Of a DNA stretch of 64,000 nucleotides, positions 29,301-41,982 are shown piece by piece. How positions within the stretch are numbered: position 1 is the first letter of the stretch; the number at the start of each line of letters is the position of its first letter. Origin of the DNA: Chrysomallon squamiferum (taxonomy: Eukaryota; Animalia; Mollusca); assembly GCA_012295275.1 (NCBI GenBank), contig CM022666.1, positions 6,262,001 to 6,326,000 of the forward strand, in the 5' to 3' direction. Made by a program: the position numbers and the translations under genes. A model generated the notes under the pieces. The model was not told the DNA's origin and did no database searches. It was given only the letters and a program-made list of their open reading frames with translations.

Positions 29301-30555
29301 TCAGTATGTAAACAATGGTATAAATGTATGCTTAATTAACATAAAAAATACATATTTACCCTGATACAGTAACTAATTTACAATAAGCCAGCTATGTTTA
29401 CCAAAAATGTCCACGTTTACGAACATAATTTCAGTTACATAAAAATTCTGTTATTTAATATTTTTTAACATAGTTTGTTTATGTTCATAATTCTAATGTT
29501 TGTACAAGTAATATCATCAGCAAAGAAAGAAGAAGCAACCCAACAATGTATAAAGAAAACTACCCTTACTCCTTTCTCTAAATGCGACTAACAATACCCT
29601 GGAATACTACTGATAAGTATAAGCACTAACTATAAAAAGTAAAATATGTGTTTATGCTAATACACATATAATGCCACTAACAACTTGTGGAAATCAAATG
29701 GTACAGATTTTTATATAATATAATGATTTAATATTGAGATAAAAAGAAAACAAAAGATAGAGATATAAATACAAATCATTTCCTGCAGTGAAAATACATT
29801 TTAAGGCAAGTACAAAATTTAAAAAAATTTAAATTATTAATGACCAATCCAAAATGTAAAAGTAATAAAATGAATTAATAATAATTACAATCACACTGAG
29901 CAAATTTAGTAACAATAAAAATGTTCATCCATGTTGTAAGTAAAAGTTTTTTTTAAAGTAATAATAATATTTCTTTAAAGTATGTACATAAAATGTCTTT
30001 ATAACAACATTTGGTTTTAAATTTAAAAAAAATAAATAACAAATAAATGTAAACTAAACTGGCCATATTTACAACAAACATAAAAATCTTTGTTGATCTT
30101 GAAAAACGTCACGAAAAATTACTTGAGCCAGTTATGAAATCCAAAATTATGACCTTCCATTTGCTTTATCCCAATGAAGCTTCAAAAGCCACCTGCAATG
30201 AAAAGGAAATGGATGTGAAACTGCTTATTTTGAATGCAAATAATCATGTATAGTTAATGAAAATGCATTAATTCAATTTAACACTTCAAATGAACAAATG
30301 AGATCAAGAAATAATAATAATAATAATAATAATAATTAAATTAAGTATATATTATTATCTAATCCTAAAAAAAAAATCAGAATAATAATAAAAAAAACCA
30401 TTTTCATACATACAAAAAAACCAAAAAAAACCCAGCAACAACAACAATATCAATAACACTAAAAACAGTAAAAGAATATGGTCATTTTAACAAAGAATCA
30501 TTCATTAAATAAAAGAATTATTAAAAAAAAAAAAAAAAAAAAATTATTCACCTTT

Positions 30556-33500
30556 TCAGTGAAGATGCTTAGTTTCATCCTCAACGTCACCCTTGTCTCT
30601 TTCAAAGTACATGAAATCCTGTGGAAAATAAGTTTTAAATCTATTTAATAATTCTAAACATTACATATTTGAAAAGAAATTTTAGGTCTAGCAATACATA
30701 CTCTCTCTCTCGTAATGTTGAAAAAAGAAAGATTTATTCAATCTAGGAAAAATGTTTAATTTGATTATTCACCTCAAGATTCAGTGGAAAAATGATAAAC
30801 CTTTAAGTGAATGATATAAAAAAAACCAAAAACAAACAACACACAAATACTGTAGATCCCAAAATATTGGCAAATATTAGTGAATTTAACGAGCTTTATA
30901 AAGCTGATTAACTATGGCAAACCATAAAGATGATCCGACAAAAAAAGGTTTATACCAAAAGATAAATATTTTATCATGACACACACACACAAATATATAA
31001 AACCTTAATCAGCTTTATAAAAGAATAAGCTTTCTAAATTCATTTATGTGTGTAATATGTGTGTGTCTGTGTGTGTGTGTAGACATCTAAAGACACACGT
31101 CTACACACAATAGTAAGAAGAAGAAAAAATTAAATATCGTACAATAAGAAAGACTGCTCCAAGCATGACAGCCTTGATTTTCACATCCAGATCAAGTGGG
31201 AACGTTATGCCGAAGTTGTCAGCGTCAGTAAAAATCTCCTTAGCCAGACCACTCCACTGTTTGGTAACTCGCCCTACCTGCGTACTCTCGTCTTCACTCG
31301 TCACCTGTCACAAAACATGTATGTCTCGTCATATATATATGTTTTAATATATGTGTGATGCCTAGTAATCTAGCTTGGCATTTTAACCAGATCTTGTAAC
31401 ACAAAATGATGATTACGTGTTAAAAAATATGCACGACTGCCTATGATAAAACACACAAATTTAATGAGCTCTGTTATACAGATCTTACGGAATACCTCTT
31501 TTTTCTGAAAAATATTATTCTCTAAAATACAGCAGTATTATTTGAATAGAGTTTGTGGGGAAAATTCAGCAGTGGATCTTGCTACAGATCTTTGATTCTA
31601 AATACCATGTTTTCATTGACAAAATGTAACCCCCCCCCCACTTTTTTTTTTCCAGCTTAATAATAATACACACCAATATCACTATTTCTGATGGATCTTT
31701 GGTTCCAAGCAACATATTTATTTTCACTGACAATATTTCAACAAACATGAATCTGAAAACCCCAGTAAAATGACTCACATCAAATTCAACATCACCACAG
31801 ATGTTCCACTGGCAGCATGGCCCTTTAATCCTAAGTACTGTGTTTTCATCGGCATCTTGAATCTTGTATTTAGGTTTGCACAGACTCCAAGCTTGGGCAA
31901 CGTATCCCACAACATTTCCTGGAGGAGATTCCACTGTCACTTTCTGCAAAGCAATCACAATAATCTATAACTTTCTGAATCATTTTTCAATTTTTTGTTT
32001 CTTCTCTTTTCTTTTTAAATGATAAATAATACACAGTTAAACGGATTTCCTATAAAGAATTGCAAAACAAATGTCATTTTAATAATTTAGACGTTGCTGA
32101 ATCATTTTTTTTTTCTTTTTAAACGATAAACAATATACAGATAAATTTATTTCCTGTAAACAATCACAAATTTCTTAACTTTTTAAACCATTTTTCTAGT
32201 TTTCATTGATTAAAAAATATAAAGATAAATTTATTTCCTATAAAGAATCACAACACAGATGTCATTTCAATAATCTTTCCAAAACATTTTTTTTTAATTA
32301 TATTTTAGATGATCAATAACATACAATTAAATTTGCTCAAAATAAATAATTCAAATTGTTTTGCTTCTCTCAAATAACTTAACGTATGTCAGACTGAGAT
32401 ATTTTAATTTGGTACAATTCTTCGATGTTATTTGATTGATGCTAATGCTACTGTATTTAATCCAGTTAGTAGTGTAAGATAATTGATTTGAAAATTTTAA
32501 ATTTAAGTGAATGATAAAGTACTACGGAGTGTATTCTTATATTATGTAAAAAAAAAAAAAAACATAATTATATATTCTGTAATAAAACTTGTTTTCCAAA
32601 GATTAATGTTTTGTGTGAAAAGAAGACACACAGTTAGTGAATGAACAAATAAAGTTTGAATAATTTCTTCAACATGCCTTAATTTTAAAAGAGTTTGTTT
32701 AAAAGAATAAAGATAACAAAATATCTTCTATGATAATGATATAGGGAGCAGAGTGTGGCTAACTTGAACAGGATCTTCTGAATGTCATTGGACTGATCCA
32801 TCTTAAGAGTCTCTGAATATAATTTGTCTTCAGCCTAATCTGCAAGCGTTAGCAAAGTCCATAACCCTAGCTTCTTACACACAAGCCCCAGCCCCAAATA
32901 CAGACAGCTCAGTGCTCAAAGATATTATTATGTTTTATTAACCTGCAGACAACAAGGACACCAACATGTAGAGCATCTCAGTGGTCGAGATAGGTGAATG
33001 ACCTCTTTCCCGGTATTGTCCTGAATCTTGATGTCAAATGGTCGAGCAGATCCACAACATATTCGAGTACAGCAGCAAGTATCTGAAATGTAAATAATAA
33101 ACTGCTTTTAACTCTTTATATATATTATACTAACCAACAAACACATGTACAAACACATGTACATACAATACATACAATACAATCAGTACAGTACATACAA
33201 TACAATACCATACATACATACATACATTCAATGATACAAATATATACACATACATACATATACATACATATATAATTATATATTTATTCATACCAATCAT
33301 TTAATTAATATATGTATCTTATTTAGGGCCTCTTCAATACGGGCCTCTTCAATTTTTATTCCCTAAAATCCATTATACAGTACAATTTGATATATTCAAC
33401 AGTTTATGAGTCATTTTTAATTGTTCCTTTTATTAATTTCTTTCTCTATACAAGACATTTAGCCAAGCAGACAAACAGTAACTGTATTCCTGTAACTGAT

Positions 33501-35362
33501 TTCAGTTTTGAAAAATATAGGCTTTACAATATTAATAACTGAGTTATGATTCTGTTTTGAAATTTCATAAACAATGCAAAGCTTAGTAAAACATTAATCT
33601 GAGCATACCTTCCTTTGCCATATACACTCGTTGCCCTAGACTGTTTCTAATTTCATATTTGTTGTTAGTTTCACAGCCAGTAAAAGCTGAAATTAAATGA
33701 AAGAATATTTGTTTAGCAACATTTCATCATATTTAATTATTCAAATCCCATCTTCAGATCACATTTTTTTTTCTCTTAAAACAAAAAACACAATGAGAAA
33801 AAAAAAAGAACATCTGTGAATTTAGGAAAAAAAACAAAAAAAAAACAACAAATTAATAGCCAATTAATATAAAATGTCAAACAGTTGATAATGATCAAAG
33901 AGTATATCAGCTGACATTTCTCCTGTGGCTATTTTTATTGATTATTAACAACAAGTCATTGTTTTATGTACAGTACTGTAGACATGAAAACCTGAAAGTG
34001 TGAAAGAGAATATCCTGTAATGTATTATGCCCCAGGTCTATTGTCTAACCATTAAATACAGTCTATGTGTTCCTCATTCATTTGATAGAGACATCACAGA
34101 AACCAAACAAGCATAATTTTGAAAATTCTTTTTAAAACACAGTTACCGTTTTGACATATAGCCATTCTTCAATATAAACTGTTTAGTTAAAATGCATTCA
34201 TCACATTATATATTGTCACAAACATTTCGTGAAACAAATTTTGGCTGGGGTAGCTAACTCATGATATTTTGTGTTGTTTTTCACTGGATAGCTAACTCAT
34301 GATATTTTGTGTTGTGTACACTGAATGGCTAATGAACAACAGAACTTACTTTCTTATTATAAATGAACAACAGAACTTACTTTCTCATTATAAATGAACA
34401 ACAGAACTTACTTTCTCATTATAAGTGAACAACAGAACTTATTTTCTCATTATAAATGAACAATAGAACTTAATATCATGTCGCGGACATTTCATGAAAC
34501 ACATTTTGGCTGGGGTAGCTAGCTCATGATATTTTGTGTTGTATTTTTCACTGGGTATCTAATATTTTGTGTTGTATTTTTCACTGGGTATCTAATTCAT
34601 GATATTTTGAGTTGTATTTTTCACTGGGTAGCTAACTAACTCATGATATTTTGTGTTATTTTTCACTAGGTAGTAAACTATCCATACATTCTGACAAATA
34701 AGCACATGAATGTTTAACACATTTTAATACCAGTGGTCATTTGGTTTCAGATGTCTGTTCTTTATGTAATGATAAAAAGAACGAGGAACCCCACTGCATC
34801 CTCCATGGATTACGCTCAGTCGTTAGCTGTAATGTATTCTTCATGTGCACCTTCCCACAGAAAGAAAATTTTACACTATACAATATGATACGGTTGCTTC
34901 ACTGCAATAGGAAAGAATGATCCTATTACCAATAATATCTCAGCCTGCACTTGTTATACAATTGAACTTACTTTCAAGAATCTCAATCTTCTGTTTTATA
35001 AGTAGCTGATCCAACATTGCCAAATACTCCAAACCAGGAGGACAATCTGCAGGGGCAGCTCCTGGCTGAGCCCAACCCCCAGGACCTGAAGGTGGAGGAA
35101 CTGAAAACAAAAATAAAAATAATAAATAATACATAGTGAAAGGCAATGAACAATAATAAATATTTTAACTTTTAACACTTGATCTAGTTACTTTCAACAA
35201 ATAAAATAAATTGATGTATATTTGGATGTTGTTTAGAAATTAATGATCTTTATGTAATACTGATATAGCAGTAGCATAAACTTAAAATAAATGTTAAAAA
35301 ATAAATAAATAAGTAAACAAATACCTTCAAAAACTTGAACAAAGAAACACTTTCTTTACAGA

Positions 35363-35433
<71 letters not shown>

Positions 35434-35639
35434 TGTTTTGATTCTTTTCTATTAATTCAAATCTTTGATTACAAACCTCCAGGCATTGGCTGCATTCCCA
35501 TTGGCTGCATTCCAGGTTGCATTCCTGGTTGCATTCCAGGCTGCATTCCTGGTTGCATTCCTGGTTGCATTCCAGGTTGCATTCCAGGCTGCATTCCTGG
35601 TTGCATAGTCATTGGCTGCTGAGATGGATATCCTGACAT
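30556..35639 (-). CDS. Phospholipid scramblase (PLSCR family) paralogue B, 7 coding exons, 299 aa, intact
   Basis: Exons 35639-35477, 35100-34972, 33686-33609, 33082-32943, 31943-31779, 31304-31143, 30618-30556 (900 nt, all GT-AG). Motifs: [35 protein letters not shown], Ca2+-binding [13 protein letters not shown]-terminal helix [17 protein letters not shown]. Confidence 0.95.
34225..34675. repeat. Compound intronic minisatellite (~38-bp unit interrupted by a 31-bp unit x~4)
   Basis: About 6 copies of 'gtagctaactcatgatattttgtgttgtatttttcactgg' flank ~4 copies of 'aatgaacaacagaacttactttctcattata' (34331-34470). Confidence 0.85.
34710..34880 (+). mobile_element. Possible decayed SINE-like interspersed repeat
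   Basis: 'gaggaaccccactgc..ccatggattacgct...ttagc...atgtgcaccttcccacaga' resembles, from memory only, an abundant gastropod interspersed repeat. Not verified by search. Confidence 0.3.
35509..35604 (-). repeat. Coding 12-bp tandem repeat x8 encoding (MQPG)8 in the scramblase B N-terminus
   Basis: Eight 'attcc(a/t)gg(t/c)tgc' units that vary only at synonymous positions of the minus-strand frame ATG CAR CCW GGA. Confidence 0.92.
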
Positions 35640-38439
35640 TTTCAGTGATGTTCACTGAGAAATCTAAATATAATGAAATAAACAAATAAAGATGTGCCCA
35701 CAATAAAAAAATAATAAAAAAAATTGAACATTTCTGTAATAGAAGAATGCAAAAATAGCAAGTGTCTTTATTTTTTGAATGTGGATTATTCTGTGAAATC
35801 CTAGGTAAGTGAAAATACATGTATTGGAGCATATGTCACCTGATAATATGTATATGTACTGGAACAGTGCTACTGGGTATGTTACATACTAATATTAACA
35901 GTTTAGTCAAAAAATAAACAAGGATCTTCATGTAAATAACACTGCAATGGATTCTATTTTAATATTTTAAAAAGTTAACAATTCCAGAGTTTTAAAAATC
36001 AGTTAAAAGTGTATTTCAAAATTTGAATATTAGGCAAATAATTAAATGAATAATGAAAACAGTTGCCTTGCTAAATTATCTTTTTAAAAAAAACAACAAT
36101 GTAAATTCTGAGCCTGTAATAGGAAACTTTCTGTACATAAGAAGATATACAGTTTCTGTTAACAAACTTGAAAATAAATGTCTTCTTACATTTAAATATA
36201 TCAAAAAATATATTTACCCAAGATACATATATTTACTTTAATTAATTAAAGTTTAAATTCAAACTTGCACATACCAATCAAATTATTAATATTATGTATT
36301 TATACAATGATAATTATTATTTTATCATCCTTTCAGTTTTGCAAGTGAATATTGTGCAGTGCATTTTAATTATATATTTATGATATACAATAAATCATTA
36401 TTACTGGTAGTTATTCTAGCTTTAAATTTTGTATTAAAGTATTCTGTATTATCTATTATTTAGTAAAAATTATAATGCAGCAGTTTTTCTGTTTTATTAT
36501 ACTTTATAGTTATAAAAACGTATACTCAAATTTTGATATATTTCTATATTTAAAAAAAAACCTCCAGTATAGTGATAATTATTACTATGCTCCACCTCAA
36601 GGCTAAGTGAACTTATATGTGTGTGTATTTATCAAATGTGTATTTAATAATGGCAGGTTTATGAAGGAACTGAACTAAATGCATTTAACTCTCATATTAA
36701 AGTTAATTAAATATGAAAATTAAATACAATCCATACACGTGTATGTTCCACAAACTGAACTGAAGTGTGTAATATTCATTCATGTGTATGACATATCAGT
36801 TGACTGATCTATCACTAGTTATCATCAGCACATATATTTTTAGTGTGTGAGTAAGCAATGGCTTTATCCAAATATATCTATAGTATCAGACACAAAGATC
36901 AGTAATCAATAACCCCAAGCACATCAAACATGCCAATCAAAAAAAAATAATGTGTATATGCTGAACATGTGCTAGGCAACTATCAATACAACTGCAGACT
37001 GCACTGGTCAAGATATCAGGGACGGACGTGGGGGAAAATTACAAATGTATTTTCAATAAAAATCAATAAACAGTTATCATGTTGACAAATGTTACTTTAT
37101 GTGCAAAAAATTCTGCACAATTTTAAGCATAAACACAATTCATGCATAAACAAGTGTTTTAATATTAAGGGTTAAAAATTACAACTGTATTTTCAGTGTG
37201 GAGTTATAAATCCATAAATACCGGTTGTGTTGACAAACTATGTATAAACAAATGTTACTATGACTGTAATAATTCAATATATTTTTACACAGATCCTTAA
37301 CAATCATGCATATGTCAAGCAAAGTATTGATGTATGTTAACTTAATGGAAAGAAATTAGAAAAGAATTTTCAGTGTAGGTAAAAATCTATAAACACTAAT
37401 CACTGTATTATTACCTATATATGTAAACAAATGTTAGGTTCAAATTAAAATACTTTAGAAACATGGCTTTTAATAAAAAAAAAAAAAAAAAATCTCATTG
37501 TTGGATATCCTTATCAGAGTTTTTGTATTCTGATATCTTGTATCAGTATAGTATTAAACGGTAACACATGACTGCCAAGCTGTTTAATCATGGCAACAGC
37601 TTTATGTTATACTTCATCAGTTATTAGTGGTGCAAATCATAATTTGTTTTAGTTCAATTAATTTACTATACCAAAAACCCTTGATAGCTAATTTCAAAAT
37701 ATTCATCACATTACAGAGTGACATAAACATACTTCAAAATGCACTGGACAACTTTTCAATAAAAATCTACTTAATAAACTAATTTCAGAGTTACAGCTGG
37801 GAAAATAATTTTAAATCCTTGCCGTACCCATGTATTAATAATATACATGTTTAGGTTTATATATTCCATGTGTGTGTAAATAATTTTACTTGCAGCAACC
37901 TAATTTTTATACATATAATGATACAGTGCAGACAAAAAGTACAAAACAATATTACCTTTCATTTATAAATGTAACAATATACAACCAACCAAACTATTAT
38001 TAGTATTATGTTATTATGAAAAATGATAATGTATCCATGTAAAGGTACATACAAATATCCTAATTTTTCTTTCTTTTCTAAATAAATTTATTTGTATCTT
38101 CCAAAACATTTTTCTTACTAATAAAATATTATTATTATTATTATAACATCACACTATTTTATTTTATTTTTAAAGATGACTTGCAAATAAAATATTCGTA
38201 ATGATCTGTTTAATCTGAAAGATGAAATTGTACTTGTTGACATTACTAAATTATTCTTTGATGTTAAATATTATTTACTAATTAATTACATATACAAATA
38301 TGTACATGTGGCATTATCTTAATATTTGTATCTAGTCATTTGGAGGTAGAAAATTTGTACCTTTTCTTGGATATATTTTTTGAAAATGTGCAAATTAAGA
38401 GGAAGCTGGTTATTTAGATTGCAAAAACACATGGGAGAG

Positions 38440-38496
<57 letters not shown>

Positions 38497-38966
38497 TTCT
38501 TTCTATTAATATTACTAATACTAGTAGTTTAAGTGAAATGTTGCCAACTGCGTTTATTTTGACAAATTACATGCTGGTAAAATGGTAATGTATTTGCTTA
38601 TACCGTTGATGTATTTACTAATTTAGTGATTCTCAGTATACCTTTATCAGTTCTGCGATTAAAATATTATATTTAATGGATTGATTTCATCTTAACCTTA
38701 TATACAAATCCAAGTCCTCTTGCTCCAAAGAATTAAACCTAAAAATACGTCCTCCTGAAGTAATTTCGGCATTTACTAAAGCTTTAATATGTTTGTTTGC
38801 TGGGGGTTTTTTTTAGGGGGGTTTATATCACAATTTGACGAAGAATCTATTTGTACGATCTAACAATTAAGCAACTCTTATTCTTATGTAATAATCTAAC
38901 TAAAAGAAAAGATACTATAAATTAAGTAGTCTTAAAAATATGGGTGTGGTCAGCATACCGACTTAC

Positions 38967-39245
38967 CTAATTTTATGGAAATACCAGATTCGCATTCAAT
39001 TTGACCACAGTTATCTTCTCTTTAATTTCCAAGCATTTAATAATTATGCAAAAAGCAGAGTTCACCTCCTTTTATGTTACATACATGGACGGCAACGCAA
39101 ACACTAATAAATACACAACAGAAACAAGTTTTGCCGAGTTGTAGCGCCCTCTTCGAAAATAATAGCAGTTATCTCCCTTGGACAGTATAACCTTTCGTAA
39201 GAGAGTGGATTGTTCGTTTAAGGTGTGCACATCTGGCAGGAAGAT
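38967..39245 (-). promoter_or_regulatory. Putative promoter and non-coding first exon of scramblase B
   Basis: The ATG-bearing exon starts at an acceptor (tttag|, 35663), so an upstream exon is required. There is a consensus donor AG|GTAAGT at 38967/38966, a locally CpG-richer segment, and a CTCF-like TAGCGCCCTCT at 39142-39152. Confidence 0.55.
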
Positions 39246-40439
39246 GACATTTAATTGTTTTTTAAGGAATTCTAAATCCAAATTTAAAGTGAAGCGGGCA
39301 GTGTTATTGGTTTAAATTTACAATTATTTTCCAGGGCTGAGGAAATCATACAGATTTTGTCAGTTATAAAACGTTTTATATATTTTTACATAAATTCCTT
39401 ATAATACAGAATTCTGCTTAATAAAACTCTAATATTATTTCGTTCATATTGTTTATTAGTTTGTTACTTTTTGTTAAATTATTAATTTCTTATTTAAAGT
39501 AGATCTGGGCGTTATAGTGTTTTCAAGGTAAACTGTGCTTATTAGAGCAAAGAAATTTACAACAAGGAAGTGTATTCGAGAAATTTTATGCAAATCGCCA
39601 GTTTCACAAAATATTTCAATATTTATATATTCCCTTACCAGCACAAGTAATTAGAACAGTATAGACTTACATACATCTTTGATAAACTCCAATATTAATA
39701 TCCAAAATGAGTAAATAAATAATAGTAATAACAAAACTAATATTTATATAGTGCAGTTTTCATTAATAATTTTCAAGAGTACTGCTGAACTGACAATACA
39801 AATCTAATATCTAAAACACAGAAAACTAATAACACTAAAACAAATACTTAGGTAAGTCTTGTGTTTTTTAAAACCACTGACAGTTGTTATTTCTCTTAAT
39901 TGGTGGTTAGTAAAGTGGTCTGAATTCTAGGGGCATAAAGATCATGACGAGAAAGCATGTTAGTTTGTTATACGATCAATAATTCTCGATCTGAACAACG
40001 CAATGAGTGTTCAGATGTATCATCTACCAGGAGATTACTAATATATTTCGACGTCTTATTTTTCAGAGCTGGTTTGAACGCAAGTAGAAGCGTCTTGAAA
40101 ATGATTCTAACTTAACAGGGAACTATTGACCTTTAACCATGACATCGTAGGTAGTGTCCTGCAGTCGCCTTCGTATAATCAGTTGGGCTGCGTTATGTCG
40201 GACTAGATGGATTCTTAACAATATGTCTGATGGTAGATTATATAGCTAATTAATGCAGTAATCAAGGCATGGGATTACCAGCGACTAAAAACAGTCACGC
40301 CAGTCATTTAAAAAATATATAATATTACTGACTGATCACTGTGCGCATTTAGACCTACTGTATGTCCTGTGACTGTATTAATATTTTGTTAACTAAATCT
40401 ATCAATAACATTTTCATCAAGCCGGATTATTTGCAAAGG

Positions 40440-40479
<40 letters not shown>

Positions 40480-41525
40480 AAATATATCTATATTTTAATA
40501 AAAGTCCATCGTAAAATCGAAACTGGTTGTTCGTTAATGCATGCCACAATGAGCATGCGCATTCACCCAGCTAACTTGTAAGGTCTTCTTGGTTCGCCGT
40601 AAAATATGCCACGGTCCCACTGAGAACAGAAACAAGTTAACGCGATCTGAATTACAGATTTATTTTCGTATTGTTTCCTGAATGACCTAGTAAACATCTA
40701 AACCTCCGTATTATCTTCTGATCAGGTAATGAACTTAAAGGTCGAAAGTTTATAAATTGTGTTTAAAATAAGCCTGCGATACAAATCTTAAAAGTATATA
40801 CGTATGTGATAAATACTATTGTTCGTTGGAACTGTACATTTACATATAACTTTGCTAATCTTTTGATTGTTACTAATAAAGTATAATAGTAATTACAACA
40901 AGACCGACGATCATCAAAGTGACTGTCATGTATCTTTGATCTTCGTTAACAGCCAAATGTAGGCCTATTTGAAGTCTTTCTCGCTTACACATTAAAACAA
41001 AGTATTTTTCAAATAACATTTTATTTGTTAGTTTTTAAAATGAAAACCGTTTTTGAAAATAAGTCTTTTACTATATAAACTATCAATTAATAATGAATTT
41101 TGAACAATATAAAATGTGCAAATAACAAGTAATTTATCGAAGGAAATATAGTTCCGTTCCAACGCTATAGTTTTGGTCATATCCCAAAATATAGAAATTT
41201 ATATAGTTGTATCTTGCAATTACTTCGGTGAATATAGGATAAATGTGTCATAAATACAAAAATTATCAAAATAAAGAAGAAGAAAAAAGAAGATTATGAT
41301 GAAGAAACATTAAAACAGGATGCAGTTATTCAGTTGATTATTACGTCCTTTACCCCAAAAGTCAGTCTGCCATAATAAATCCAGTTCGTGATCATGTCCA
41401 TTATTTTGTCATCGAGAACAAGGTTCACATCAATGTATGTCACTAGTTTTGAGTGCCAGCGTTCTCGTCGTTATCGTCAATCCTTTTTGTCATGTATTAA
41501 GTTTTCAAACACATGATAGGTAGAC

Positions 41526-41600
41526 CAGTGATTCTCAACCATTGTGCCGCGAGATCTTCTTAAGTGTGCCACGAAATTTTGAACGGCACACTAAGAAAAT
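41526..41600 (+). mobile_element. hAT/Charlie-like MITE remnant
   Basis: Starts CAGTGATTCTCAACCATTGTGCCGCG with internal tgtgcc/ggcaca dyads, typical of hAT-type termini. It is absent from the homologous upstream regions of the other GS-like copies. Confidence 0.45.
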
Positions 41601-41733
41601 GCGAAAAACCACGTGATCCCAAAATAAAACAAACAGTAGAATGCAAGGTAAAAACGAAAATATTCTCACTTCAACAGACAAATTTTAAAATTCCTATTAT
41701 AATCTTTATGAAAATTAAATCGTCATAATTTTT

Positions 41734-41769
<36 letters not shown>

Positions 41770-41982
41770 TTTTTCAAAGTCGACGAATATGTTTAAAGAG
41801 AATATTAAACATTTTGAAAATTCGAATTATGATTATGTTGTTGCCTACATCAAATTTCAACAAACTGATTTAGTGAATACAGTTTTAACCTTGAACTAGA
41901 AATTTATTTGTCACTTGTGTGGTGCACCTCGTATCTTGTCGTCAGAAATATTTTTTTTTAGGGAAAAGAAGCACATTACTTT

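Noticed and set aside
25150-30100. Additional gene between the scramblases (ORFs at 25153, 25796, 26830)
   Set aside because: No homology or phase-consistent exons. Likely scramblase B 3' UTR and scramblase A upstream region (CRE/ETS-like motifs near 25395-25410 only).
34331-34470. 31-bp direct repeats as a CRISPR array
   Set aside because: Repeats are contiguous with no unique spacers, there are no cas genes, and the site is a eukaryotic intron.
35335-35832. (IPGC)n Cys-rich ORF (+) and (NATW/NATR)n ORF (-)
   Set aside because: These are shadow frames of the (MQPG)8 exon. Only the MQPG frame splices in phase into the scramblase.
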